DNA of 64,000 nucleotides, from NCBI GenBank assembly GCA_046346635.1, contig JAXMHT010000007.1:22283-86282 (forward strand). Reading direction: 5' to 3'. Below are positions 8,782 through 19,000 of the stretch, in pieces. The position numbers and the translations under genes were made by a program. Source of the DNA: Verrucomicrobiaceae bacterium (GTDB taxonomy: Bacteria; Verrucomicrobiota; Verrucomicrobiia; Verrucomicrobiales; Verrucomicrobiaceae). Position 1 is the stretch's first letter. Each line of letters begins with the position of its first letter. The notes beneath the pieces were generated by a model, which made no database searches, had not been told where the DNA came from, and saw only the letters and a program-made list of their open reading frames with translations.

Positions 8782-10074
8782 ATGAACTCCGACCTCTCCC
8801 GCCGCTCCGTGATGACCCGCATGGCACAGACTTGCCTCGGCGTCGGTATGCTCCCCTCGATGGAGCATCTCTTCAGCAGCAGAGCCTTCGCCGCCGGTGA
8901 AGGTGCTGCCACGGCCAAACAGGCCGCCACCGCACGCAACGTCATCTTCCTCTACATGACAGGGGGCCAAAGCCATCTCGACACCTGGGACCCGAAGCCC
9001 GACAACAAAGAGGTCGCCGGTCCGGTGAAGGCCATCAAGACCAGCGCCGATGGCGTGCGTGTCAGCGAATACCTCCCGCGCATTGCCAAAAAGATGCACC
9101 ACGCCACCGTCATCAACTCGATGGCCACCAACACCGCCGCGCATGAGCAGGCGAACTACTTTATGCACACCAGCTTCGGTTTGCGCAGCACCATCAAGCA
9201 TCCCGGCATGGGCGCGTGGCTTAGTTTCTTCCAAGGTCCCGGCAATCCCGCGCTGCCGCCGTATGTTTACATCGGCAACGACAGCCGCCATCCTGGTGCT
9301 GGCTTCTTCGCGAAGAAACACGGCCCGCTCATGGTCAACAACCCCGAGGCCGGCCTGCAAAACGTGCGACCGCAAAAAGGCGTCACCGATGACCGCTTCG
9401 CCATGCGCCGCGACCTCGCTGGTGCGCTCGATGCCGAGTTTCAGGCGAAATGGGACACGCGCGGCGTCAAAGCGTATGCCGACATGTATGACGATGCTGT
9501 CCGCCTCATGAAGAGCGAGGACCTCGTCGCCTTCGACCTCACCAAGGAGCCCGAAGACGTGCGCAAAGCCTACGGCAAAGAAACCTTCGGCCAGGGCTGC
9601 CTGCTTGCCCGTCGCCTCGTCGAGCATGGCGTGCGCTTCATTGAGGTCAGCTTCGGCAGTTGGGACACGCACACCGCGAACTTCATCAACACGCCGCGTC
9701 TTTGCGACACGCTCGATACCGCCCTCACCGCGCTCGTCACCGATTTGGAGCAGCGCGGCATGCTCGACAGCACCATGATCGTCGTCAGCTCCGAATTCGG
9801 CCGCACGCCGAAGATCAATCAGAACCAGGGCCGCGATCACTACCCGATCTTCAGCTCCGTCATCTTCGGCGGCGGCATCAAAGGCGGCTTCACCTACGGT
9901 GCCACCACCCCCGACGGTGCGGGCATCGCCGCCGACAAAGTCGGCCCGCCCGATCTCAACGCCACCATCGGCTACGCCCTCGGCCTCCCGCTCGATCAAG
10001 TCATCTACTCGCCAAGCAAGCGCCCCTTCACCGTCGCCGACAAAGGCCAGCCGCTCACGCATTTGTTTGCGTGA
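8782..10074 (+). CDS. DUF1501 domain protein (sulfatase/alkaline-phosphatase-like), Tat leader, copy 1
   Basis: ORF 8770..10074, with ATG at 8782 preferred. Twin-arginine leader SRRSVMTRMAQ. Conserved blocks are GGQSHLDTWDPKP, SWDTHTANF and SEFGRTPKINQNQGRDHYP. It is paralogous to 52656..53960. Confidence 0.85.
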   Translation: MNSDLSRRSVMTRMAQTCLGVGMLPSMEHLFSSRAFAAGEGAATAKQAATARNVIFLYMTGGQSHLDTWDPKPDNKEVAGPVKAIKTSADGVRVSEYLPRIAKKMHHATVINSMATNTAAHEQANYFMHTSFGLRSTIKHPGMGAWLSFFQGPGNPALPPYVYIGNDSRHPGAGFFAKKHGPLMVNNPEAGLQNVRPQKGVTDDRFAMRRDLAGALDAEFQAKWDTRGVKAYADMYDDAVRLMKSEDLVAFDLTKEPEDVRKAYGKETFGQGCLLARRLVEHGVRFIEVSFGSWDTHTANFINTPRLCDTLDTALTALVTDLEQRGMLDSTMIVVSSEFGRTPKINQNQGRDHYPIFSSVIFGGGIKGGFTYGATTPDGAGIAADKVGPPDLNATIGYALGLPLDQVIYSPSKRPFTVADKGQPLTHLFA

Positions 10075-10103
10075 TGCGTGCTTCAAAGGTGATTCAATGA
10101 ACG

Positions 10104-10136
10104 GTGAGGCGGGTTTCGGCCGGCCTCACTTTTTTT
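10104..10136 (+). terminator. rho-independent terminator after DUF1501 copy 1
   Basis: GTGAGGCGG...CCGGCCTCAC stem with one bulge, followed by a run of seven T residues. Confidence 0.6.
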
Positions 10137-10175
10137 CATGCTGGCATGCCCGGCTGATCCTCGTGATGGTGCTGC

Positions 10176-11579
10176 ATGGCCAAACTCCCTGTTTCTCGTC
10201 GTCACTTCATCTCTGCCGCGTTCGCTGGCACCGCTGTGGCGCAGCAAGCTCCGGTGAATCATGCTCAGTTCGACGAACCTGCGCAGAAACTGGAACTGCA
10301 CGACGATGCGGATGTCATTGTGTGCGGCGCGGGGCCTGCGGGCATCGCGGCGGCGATCACGGCGGCGCGTGCAGGAGCACGCACGCGGCTGTTTGAGGTG
10401 CATGGATGCCTCGGTGGCGTGTGGACGGCCGGTTTGCTGACTTACATCTTTGATTTCGACAAACCGGGCCTCACTCGCGAGATCACGCGCCGTCTGGATG
10501 AGCGCGAGGCTCGCCGCAACCCGAACCCGAGCCGCTTTGTCTATGAGCCCGAGGAGATGAAAATCCTGCTGGAGGAGATGTGTCTCGAAGCAGGCGTCAA
10601 AACACAGCTCCACACGCGTGTCTCGGCTGCTTTTCGTGAAGATGGCAGACTGCGCACCCTCGTGACGGAATCGAAATCCGGCCGTCAGGCCTGGCGTGCG
10701 CCTGTCTTCATCGACGCGACCGGCGATGGTGATCTCGGTGCGCAGGCGGGCTGCGGCTGGGATGTCGGCCAGGCGAAGGATTGCCCCTGTCAGCCGCTCA
10801 CGATGAATGCGCTGGCCGTCGTGCGTGATGTGAAAGCACTCGCTCCCTTCATCTCCTTCAATAGCACGGACGAGTTCAAAGGCCCCGGCGGCCATCTCAC
10901 CTGTGTGGAGGCTTTCAAAGCCGAGCTGAAGCGTGCAGGCGTCGAGGCCTCCTACGGCCATCCGACGATCTTTCCGGTGCGCGACGATCTGGTCATGCTG
11001 ATGCTCAATCACGAGTATGGCATCAAACCGTGGGACGCCGCCGCCATCAGCGAGGCCACCATGCGCTCGCGGGCGGAGGTCTTTCGCATCATGCGAGCAC
11101 TGCGAAAGCTCGGCGGACCGTGGGAAAGCATCCAAATCGCCTCCACCGCCGAGCAGATCGGCATTCGCGATGGCCGTCGCATTCATGGACGCTACCAAGT
11201 GACCCGCGATGACCTCATCAAAGGCGCTCGCCAGGATGATGCTGTCGCTCGGGTGACTTTCGGCGTGGACATTCACGCTGATTCAAAAGAGACCAACAAG
11301 ACGAAGCCCATCAACAACGGCGACTTCAAGATGCGGCCCTACGACATACCATTGCGGGCGCTGATCGCCAAAGATGTCGATGGCCTCATGATGGCCGGTC
11401 GCTGCATCAGCGGCGATTTCATCGCGCATGCCAGCTACCGCGTCACGGGGAATGCCGTGGCGATGGGCGAGGCCGCAGGCGTCACCGCCGCACTCGCCGC
11501 CCTCTCCAAACGCCTGCCGCACGAGGTCGCGTGGAGTGAAAGCCTCGCAAAACTCGTGAAGATCGGCCTGCGGGCATGA
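10176..11579 (+). CDS. Tat-exported FAD-dependent oxidoreductase (FAD_oxidored-type), paralog A
   Basis: Leader MAKLPVSRRHFISAAFAG with a twin-arginine motif. Dinucleotide-binding motif DVIVCGAGPAGIAAAITAARAGA. C-terminal GRCISGDFIAHASYRVTGNAVAMGEAAG. Confidence 0.8.
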   Translation: MAKLPVSRRHFISAAFAGTAVAQQAPVNHAQFDEPAQKLELHDDADVIVCGAGPAGIAAAITAARAGARTRLFEVHGCLGGVWTAGLLTYIFDFDKPGLTREITRRLDEREARRNPNPSRFVYEPEEMKILLEEMCLEAGVKTQLHTRVSAAFREDGRLRTLVTESKSGRQAWRAPVFIDATGDGDLGAQAGCGWDVGQAKDCPCQPLTMNALAVVRDVKALAPFISFNSTDEFKGPGGHLTCVEAFKAELKRAGVEASYGHPTIFPVRDDLVMLMLNHEYGIKPWDAAAISEATMRSRAEVFRIMRALRKLGGPWESIQIASTAEQIGIRDGRRIHGRYQVTRDDLIKGARQDDAVARVTFGVDIHADSKETNKTKPINNGDFKMRPYDIPLRALIAKDVDGLMMAGRCISGDFIAHASYRVTGNAVAMGEAAGVTAALAALSKRLPHEVAWSESLAKLVKIGLRA

Positions 11580-11634
11580 TGAGGAAGCATCTCCGATGAG
11601 AGTTGCTGCCTTTGGCCCTCGTTGATGCGGGCGC

Positions 11635-13689
11635 ATGACTTTTCGCTCTTTGCTCCTCCTTCCGTTTTGCCTGCCTGCGGTGATTTTGGCAGCCGATTTG
11701 GTCCAGCAGGCCGGAAATACCGATGACGATCGAGAGCGGCAGGCGCTGCTGCAACAAATGGCCGCGTCGTCGGATCTGAATGACGCGCAGCGAAAGGAAG
11801 CGGCTTCGCTGGCGGAGTTTGCGCGGCGATGGAATGAGAGCGGGCTCAAATTTTACACCGCCAGCGTGCGAGGGAAGCCGCATCGCACGCTTGGTGAGTT
11901 TGATTTCGGCGTCGCGAAGGATTCACCGCTGCGGCCGATTTGTGAACTGTATCGGGGGCGCATGCTGGCGTGGATGTTGATCGAAAACAGCACCGTGCGC
12001 ACGAACCCGAAGGAGTCGAAGTGGTTCAAAGACGAGGCGGTGGCATCGTTTCAACGCGTGAAGGCCGCGTTTCCGCATAACACGGTGGCACGGATGTATC
12101 TCGGCGAGGCGCTGCCGTGGGGCGCGGTGCCTGAAAAGGTGGCCGGAGCACCGGAGTGGGCCGTTTTGCAGCGCGAGCAGCTTGAGCGGCTTGGCGAGAT
12201 CATCCGCTGGTGGATCAAAAACAGGCAGAAGCCCGAGACCGGCGAGTTTGGCGGCGGTTGGGGCGATGACTGCGAAATGTGGCGCTGGTGGTCGGCGGTG
12301 CTGCTTGGGTTTGATGATCCGCAGATCACGGCGGCGCAGCTTAGGTTTTCACGCTCGGCCGTGACGCGACCGCATTTGAAAGGCGGCTTCAACACGGCAG
12401 TGACCGACGTGGAGCACGCCGCGGAGGACACGACGGACAATCTGGTGCCGCTGATGGCGCTGGAGCCTGAAAACGCAAAATGGACGAAGTGGGGCCTGCG
12501 TCTCGGCGATTTCATGCGGGATGTGTGGACCGGTAAAAACGAGCGCGGGCAGATGCAGTTCAAGAGCTTCTACTTCAGCGCCACGGAGACTGCGCCGCAG
12601 CCACAACGCGGCTATGATGTGATCGCAAATGTCGGTGCGCTACACCCTGCCCTGCTCGCGTGGCAGAAAACAGGCGATTCCAAGCTGGGCGAGCAAATTT
12701 GCGCCTGGCTGGACACCTGGGTGGAGGCCACAGCACGCGCGGAGAATGGCAAACCGGCGGGAATCCTGCCCGCGAGCATCCGTTGGCCTGATGGAGCGGT
12801 CGCCGGAGCTTCTGGAAACTGGTGGGAGCCGATCAAACCCGGCGGCTACATGCACAGCTACTACCTCTGGCCCAGCGTGATCACGGAGATGACCGATGCG
12901 CTGATGCTGGCGCATGTGATGACGGGAAAAGACTCCTATCTCGCACCGCTACGTTCCATGGCGGCGATTCGTTTGAAGCACCTCAAAAGTCCGCCCAAGG
13001 AACTGAAGATCGGAGAGGAGTCTTGGTGCGCCGATCAGCTCGCGCCGCGAAGAAATGCGAACAGCAACACCGGCGGCCTCGTGAAGACCCTGGCGCGCTT
13101 CAAGGCACTCACCGGCACAACGGAGTTCGATGAATTGATCGCGCTGGAAGGCGCGGAATTCGTGATCCGCACGGATGAGGCCGGCAAACGCGAATTGGAG
13201 TCCGCGTTGCGTGAGAGCCTTGCCGCGCTTCGCGTGAACTTCCCCGGCTTTACCAGCGAGGTGCGCTCCACGGATCGTTGCATGCGGTTCGTGCAGTTTC
13301 TGGCGGAGGATTACGCCTTCGACGACTACAAAGGCGTCACGCAGCCAAAGCACGAGCTGCTTTACCGCATGGTCACCGGCGACAAAAACGCTCCGCGCTT
13401 TCCGCAAATGGCTGTGCGCTGGCTCACGCCGCCAAAAGACATCGCCGCGCTCGTCACCGAGGCCAGCACGACCAAGTTCGCCGCCGAGCTGTTCCATTTC
13501 GGCAAGGAACCACGCGAAATGACCGCCGAGCTCCGCCAGCTCAAGCCGGGCACTTATCACGCCACACTCATCGTGGACGGAAAAGTCGCTAAACTTCCTG
13601 TGGAGACTGTGAAGGTTGAAAAAGGCCGTTTTGCTCGCATCACCTTCAGTTTACCCGCTGCGAAGCTCGCCACTCTGCGCATCGACTGA
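11635..13689 (+). CDS. secreted hypothetical protein (684 aa), no family recognised
   Basis: Long ORF with signal peptide MTFRSLLLLPFCLPAVILAA. It is Trp-rich, for example WWIKNRQKPETGEFGGGWGDDCEMWRWW. Opposite-strand ORFs here are short. It is bracketed by the two FAD oxidoreductase paralogs. Confidence 0.7.
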   Translation: MTFRSLLLLPFCLPAVILAADLVQQAGNTDDDRERQALLQQMAASSDLNDAQRKEAASLAEFARRWNESGLKFYTASVRGKPHRTLGEFDFGVAKDSPLRPICELYRGRMLAWMLIENSTVRTNPKESKWFKDEAVASFQRVKAAFPHNTVARMYLGEALPWGAVPEKVAGAPEWAVLQREQLERLGEIIRWWIKNRQKPETGEFGGGWGDDCEMWRWWSAVLLGFDDPQITAAQLRFSRSAVTRPHLKGGFNTAVTDVEHAAEDTTDNLVPLMALEPENAKWTKWGLRLGDFMRDVWTGKNERGQMQFKSFYFSATETAPQPQRGYDVIANVGALHPALLAWQKTGDSKLGEQICAWLDTWVEATARAENGKPAGILPASIRWPDGAVAGASGNWWEPIKPGGYMHSYYLWPSVITEMTDALMLAHVMTGKDSYLAPLRSMAAIRLKHLKSPPKELKIGEESWCADQLAPRRNANSNTGGLVKTLARFKALTGTTEFDELIALEGAEFVIRTDEAGKRELESALRESLAALRVNFPGFTSEVRSTDRCMRFVQFLAEDYAFDDYKGVTQPKHELLYRMVTGDKNAPRFPQMAVRWLTPPKDIAALVTEASTTKFAAELFHFGKEPREMTAELRQLKPGTYHATLIVDGKVAKLPVETVKVEKGRFARITFSLPAAKLATLRID

Positions 13690-13773
13690 AGGCATTGGCG
13701 TGCGCTCTGTCATCGCTCTCGTGGTGACAAGTCTTTGATAACACCCCACTCTTGCCTTCGTGATGGTCTGCGC

Positions 13774-15180
13774 ATGCCTTCCCACGTCTCACGCCGCCAT
13801 TTTCTCACCGCCGCGCTCGCGGGTGGTGCTGCCAGTCCTGCTCAAATCATCGCCGCAGAGGCCGCGAGCGGCTTTCATGAGCCTGCGCGAGACATTCCGC
13901 TCGCAGAGGATGCGGATGTGATCGTCTGTGGCGCGGGTCCGGCCGGAGTCGCAGCCGCAATCACGGCGGCGCGCGCTGGAGCGAAAGTGCGGCTCTTTGA
14001 ATGGCGTGGTTGCCTTGGCGGCATCTGGACGGCAGGGTTGCTCGGCTACTTCCTCGACTTCAACAAGCCGGGTTTTGCCAAAGAACTGCGCGAGAAGCTC
14101 GATGCTCGCGATGCACGGGCGAACTCGAAGAGCACGAGCCGCTTCTGCTACGATCCTGAAGCGTTGAAACTGCTGCTGGAGGAGCTTTGCGTGGAGGCGG
14201 GCGTGAAGTTTCAGTTTCACACAAAGGTCTGCGCGGCCTTCAAAGAGGGCAATCGCCTCACGACCATCGTCACGGAGTCCAAATCAGGCCGACAAGCCTG
14301 GAAAGCGCCCGTTTTCATCGACACGACGGGCGATGGCGATCTCGGTTACCAGGCGGGTTGTGCCTTCGAGACCGGCATGGCGGAGGATTGCCCCTGCCAG
14401 CCGATGTCGCTGAATGCGCTCATGATTGTGAAGGACGTGGAGGCGCTGCGTGAGTTTGTTCGCTTTGGCCAGCCGAAGGAGGGCGAAAACAGCGACGGTG
14501 ACAAAAAGAAGCGCATCAAGGAAGTGCTCGTGGGCACCGGTCACTTCCCCAGCTACGCCAGCCCGACAATGTGGCATGTGCGGGACGATTTGATTTTTGC
14601 GATGATGAACCACGAATACGGCATCAAGGCATGGGATGCCGCCGAGATCACCGCCGCCACCGTGCGTGCCCGTGCGGAGATGAACCAGATGGTTGCCAAC
14701 CTGCGCAAGCTCGGTGGGCCGTGGGAAGGCATCCAAATCGTGGCCACCGCTGAGCAGATCGGCGTGCGTGACGGCCGCCGCATCAAAGGCCGCTACACCG
14801 TGCTCCAGGACGATCTCGCCAAAGGTGCACGCCATGACGACGCCGTCACTCGCGTGACCTTTGGCATCGATGTCCATGCCTTGAGCGCCGAGCACAACAA
14901 GAACCACGCCATCATGCCGAAGAAGATCGACATGAAGCCCTACGACATCCCGCTGCGTGCCTTGATCGCGAAAGAGGTCGATGGCCTCATGATGGCCGGC
15001 CGCTGCATCAGCGGTGATTTCATCGCGCACTCGAGCTATCGCGTCACCGGCAATGCGGTGGCCATGGGCGAGGCCGCAGGCGTCACCGCCGCACTCGCCG
15101 CCCTGTCGAAGCGCCTGCCGCACGAAATTACGTGGACGGAGAGCGAGGCCAAACTAAAGGCGATGGGCCAGCGGGTGTAG
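13774..15180 (+). CDS. Tat-exported FAD-dependent oxidoreductase, paralog B
   Basis: ORF 13735..15180, with ATG at 13774 giving MPSHVSRRHFLTAALAGG (twin-arginine). It carries the same motifs as paralog A, with long identical peptide runs. Confidence 0.8.
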   Translation: MPSHVSRRHFLTAALAGGAASPAQIIAAEAASGFHEPARDIPLAEDADVIVCGAGPAGVAAAITAARAGAKVRLFEWRGCLGGIWTAGLLGYFLDFNKPGFAKELREKLDARDARANSKSTSRFCYDPEALKLLLEELCVEAGVKFQFHTKVCAAFKEGNRLTTIVTESKSGRQAWKAPVFIDTTGDGDLGYQAGCAFETGMAEDCPCQPMSLNALMIVKDVEALREFVRFGQPKEGENSDGDKKKRIKEVLVGTGHFPSYASPTMWHVRDDLIFAMMNHEYGIKAWDAAEITAATVRARAEMNQMVANLRKLGGPWEGIQIVATAEQIGVRDGRRIKGRYTVLQDDLAKGARHDDAVTRVTFGIDVHALSAEHNKNHAIMPKKIDMKPYDIPLRALIAKEVDGLMMAGRCISGDFIAHSSYRVTGNAVAMGEAAGVTAALAALSKRLPHEITWTESEAKLKAMGQRV

Positions 15181-15238
15181 CTACGATCGGCAAACAAAAC
15201 TAGGCTGAAACCTTTCCCCTCCAATACGTCATGGAACA

Positions 15239-15982
15239 GTGACAGCACCACCAGCCACCATGACCCAAGGGCCGCCTTACTCAGCTCCGTTCCTCACCAC
15301 ACGCTGGACACGCGTGTGTCTGGCGAAGGCGGATTCCGAGGATGGGCGCCGTGCGCTGGCAGACCTGTGCGATGCCTATTATGAGCCTGTGGTGACTTAT
15401 TTGAACAATGCGCTGCGGGACGCGGATGCGGCGCGAGACATGAGCCATGCCTTTTTCGCTGAAATGCTCGGCGGAGGGACGATTCACACCGCTGACCGGC
15501 AGCGTGGGCGCTTTCGCTCCTACCTGCTGGGAGCCGTGAAGCACTTCGTTTCACGTCAGCGGGAAATTCAGAGCACTTTGAAGCGCGGAGCAGGTCATGT
15601 GGCCGTTTCGATGGATGACGACGATGTCGCCGAGGTCCAGGATGGCGGCGTTTTCTCACCAGACGCGGCTTTTGACCGGCAATGGGCGCTCACAATGCTG
15701 GAGCGCAGCCTCGCAGCGCTACGCTCGGAATGCGAATCCGAGGGGCGCGTTCACTTTTTCGACGTTGTGAGGCCCATGCTGACCGGAGACGCTGCCTACG
15801 GTGATCAAGGTGCCGCCGCAGCCGCCTGTGCCATGAGTTTGGAGGCGTTTCGCGTGGCGGTGCATCGCATGAAGAAACGTCTGCGCCAGTGTGTGAAGGC
15901 AGAGATCGCCGGGACTCTTGATGATGCCTCTGGCGTGGCGGATGAGATGCAGGTCCTTTTCGATGCCTTGAGCGGAAAATAA
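15239..15982 (+). CDS. ECF-type RNA polymerase sigma factor (kinase-associated type)
   Basis: N-terminal FLTTRWTRV...DLCDAYYEPVVTYL resembles sigma region 2. C-terminal helix-turn-helix-like EAFRVAVHRMKKRLRQ resembles region 4. It ends 38 nt upstream of a Ser/Thr kinase gene. The start may instead be the ATG at 15260. Confidence 0.75.
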   Translation: MTAPPATMTQGPPYSAPFLTTRWTRVCLAKADSEDGRRALADLCDAYYEPVVTYLNNALRDADAARDMSHAFFAEMLGGGTIHTADRQRGRFRSYLLGAVKHFVSRQREIQSTLKRGAGHVAVSMDDDDVAEVQDGGVFSPDAAFDRQWALTMLERSLAALRSECESEGRVHFFDVVRPMLTGDAAYGDQGAAAAACAMSLEAFRVAVHRMKKRLRQCVKAEIAGTLDDASGVADEMQVLFDALSGK

Positions 15983-16020
15983 AGGTGTAACGATTCGCGG
16001 CCGTTCCCTCAGAATAAGCT

Positions 16021-19000
16021 ATGAGCAACGAAAGGCACACCCGAGCCCACCCCACGCAGCCCGAGAGCCTGCTGGAAGGTCTGTCGCCGCAAGATCTCAT
16101 GGCGGAACTGATGCAGCCCACCCAGGCCGCTGACACCACCCCCGCTGCGCCGCCTTTGACACCGGAGGAGCTCGCACCGCACTTTCCGCAGCTCGAAATC
16201 CTCGAATGCCTCGGCCGAGGTGGCATGGGCGTGGTTTACAAGGCCCGGCAGAAGTCGCTGAACCGGCTCGTCGCGCTGAAACTGCTCGCGCCGGAGCGTG
16301 CGGACGATCCGCAGTTCGCGGCGCGGTTTGAAAAAGAGGCGCAGGCCCTCGCGGCGCTGAATCATCCGAATATCGTCAGCGTGCATGACTTTGGCAGTGT
16401 GGTGCAGTCCTCCGGACTGCCCTCAGATGAGTCCAGAGGCCTCAACCACACTCTTTACTACCTGCTCATGGAGTTCGTGGATGGGGTGAATCTGCGCCAG
16501 CTCCTGCAAACCAAGCGCCTCACGCCGAAGGAGGCGCTGAGCATCGTCCCGCCCGTGTGTGATGCGCTGCAATGCGCCCACGATCACGGCATCGTGCATC
16601 GCGACATCAAGCCGGAGAACCTGCTCATCGACAAGAGCGGCACGGTTAAGATCGCAGACTTTGGCATCGCGAAGATCATTCACCGTGAAACAGACACTCC
16701 TGTCTGTTCTGGCTCTGAGCAGACAGGAGTGTCTGCCTCACTGCCCCAAGGCACCCCAGACTACGCAGCGCCCGAGCAATCCACCGGCACCGCCGACCAC
16801 CGCGCGGACATCTACAGCCTCGGCGTCGTGCTTTACGAGATGCTCACGGGCGAGAGGCCGAAGGAAAACTTCACCCCGCCATCGAAGCGTGTGCAGGTGG
16901 ACATCCGCATTGATGAGATCGTGCTGCGGGCGCTGGACAAGACGCCGGAGCTACGTTTCGCCACGGCGGCGGAGTTTCGCACGCAGGTGGAGGCCGCAAC
17001 CCAATCGCATGGCAGCCGGGCCACCGCCTCGCCAGCGTCTCATCGGCTGAAAGTCACCACCAGCACGCTGATGACGCCTGCGGAGCTCTCCACGGTCCAC
17101 GGGCAGCTTTTTGCGCTGCGCACACGCGGCCAGCTCATCCTCGACGACCGCCAGCTCTGCCACACCCGAACCGGTGTCACGACCGTGATTCCACTCGCCG
17201 CGATTCGCGATGTAAGTCTCGGCCAGTATCCGCTGGCGATGAATCCGGCGGGCATCTCGCTCGTGAGCGTGACGTATGAGGATGCCGGCACGCTACGGCA
17301 GGTGTTGCTTTCGCCGATGGAGGGCCTTTTCGCTTTTCCTTCCACCTGGGATGCCTTGGCCGCAGACTGGCACGCCACCATCCGCGCCGCCGTGAAAGCT
17401 GCCACGGGCCGCGAGCCCACCACGACGCCACGCGATCAGCTCGGCATTCGCGGCGGCTTGCCTTGGCTACGGCTGGCCATCGTCGGCGTGCCACTCCTGG
17501 CGGGCCTCGTGCTGTTTTTGACCAACTTGGGCATGACCGGTCGCTCCGTCGGCTCGCTCATGCCTGTCATGTTCGTCACGTTCGCGTTGGTGCTGGGTTT
17601 TCTGCTGCCTGGTCTGTTCGTGCCGTGGGCCGTGCGGCGGCGAGAGGTAAAACCACCTGCCGCGCCAGGGACACGCTCGACTTGGTTGACGTTTGCGCTG
17701 GGTATCCTGTGCCTGCCCCTGCTGATGCAGTTGCTGATCGCCCTCATGCGGCTGTTTCCGTTCACGGCAGGCGGACAGCCGTCGAGCGGAGGACCGCGGT
17801 TCTTCTTTGGCTTCCCGGAAGCGATCATCCTCGCCGTGATCGGACTGCTTGGCCTGCGGTTCCAGCACCGTCGCGAGAATCCGCCGACGCCCAGCAGCAC
17901 TGCATTGACTCGCTGGCATCACGTTTTCGCTTTGGCTGGCGTGTGGTGGTTTTGCTCCCTGCCGTTCCTGATGTGGCTGGCGGCTGTCCCCCGCATCACG
18001 AGCACGATGCAGCTCGCCATCGCACTCGCGATCATCGCCGCACCGATGCTGTGGTGGCTCGCGCGCACCAAACTGCGCCAGTGGACATCGCAGCCCGCAG
18101 GCGCACGCTGGCTGCGTGCCTGGTCCTGGGTCGGCTACTGCTTTGCGGTGCCGGCGATTGGGTTCGCCATCCTCTTCATCATCCACGCTGCGGTGAGTGA
18201 GCGCGGCGCTTGGAATCCGTCGCGAGGTGAAATGCTAGCCGTGCCACTCATCGCGATGGCCGCGATCTTGTTGCCGAACTTGTCCGCGACGCTCTGGCAG
18301 GCCGCAGGCAGTGGAAAACGGACTTTCATCGGCGCGGCGATGGCCGCCATCGGCGCGATCACTGGCGGCGTGCTCGCCTTCTCCGGCGGCATGGCGGCCA
18401 AACCTTGGCTGATCCGCATCCTCGACATGCAGCGTCCGTTCAAAGTCTATCTCGCGCCGGAAGGCGTCACCGGCCGCGTGGTGCATGTGCGGATGTTCCG
18501 GCCCGATCCTCCGGCAGCGCTGGAGATGCGCATGGTGCTGGAGGGACCGGATGGCGACAAGGAATCGCGCCTCATCCCGCGCGGCTACACCCGGAATCCG
18601 CGTCCGGACTTCTTTGTCTTTCCGCGTCCGTCACCTGCCAATCAGCCGTGGACGGACTTCGGCTCGGCAAAACAAACGCTCATTGCTTTCGTCCTGCCCA
18701 CCGAGGAGCTCGCGCAGCAAGCCTACCGCCGCCTCGGCTCCGGGCCGCTGAATTTCGACCGCCTCCTGCCGCCGGGCTCGTTTTCCTTCGATCTCGATCC
18801 CCGGAAGCCGGAGACGATGATCTGCACGCTCTTCACGGTGGCCGATGAGAAGGGGCAGCACTTCACCGGTTCACTCCGTTTCGCCGCCGAACTCATCCGC
18901 GAAGGCCATCCGCGCTGGGTGGAGGTGCGAAGCCTGCCCACGGTGGATTCGCTGAACACGCTGGAGCTTTCGTGGGAAGTCCAGACCTCGAACCCCTCTG

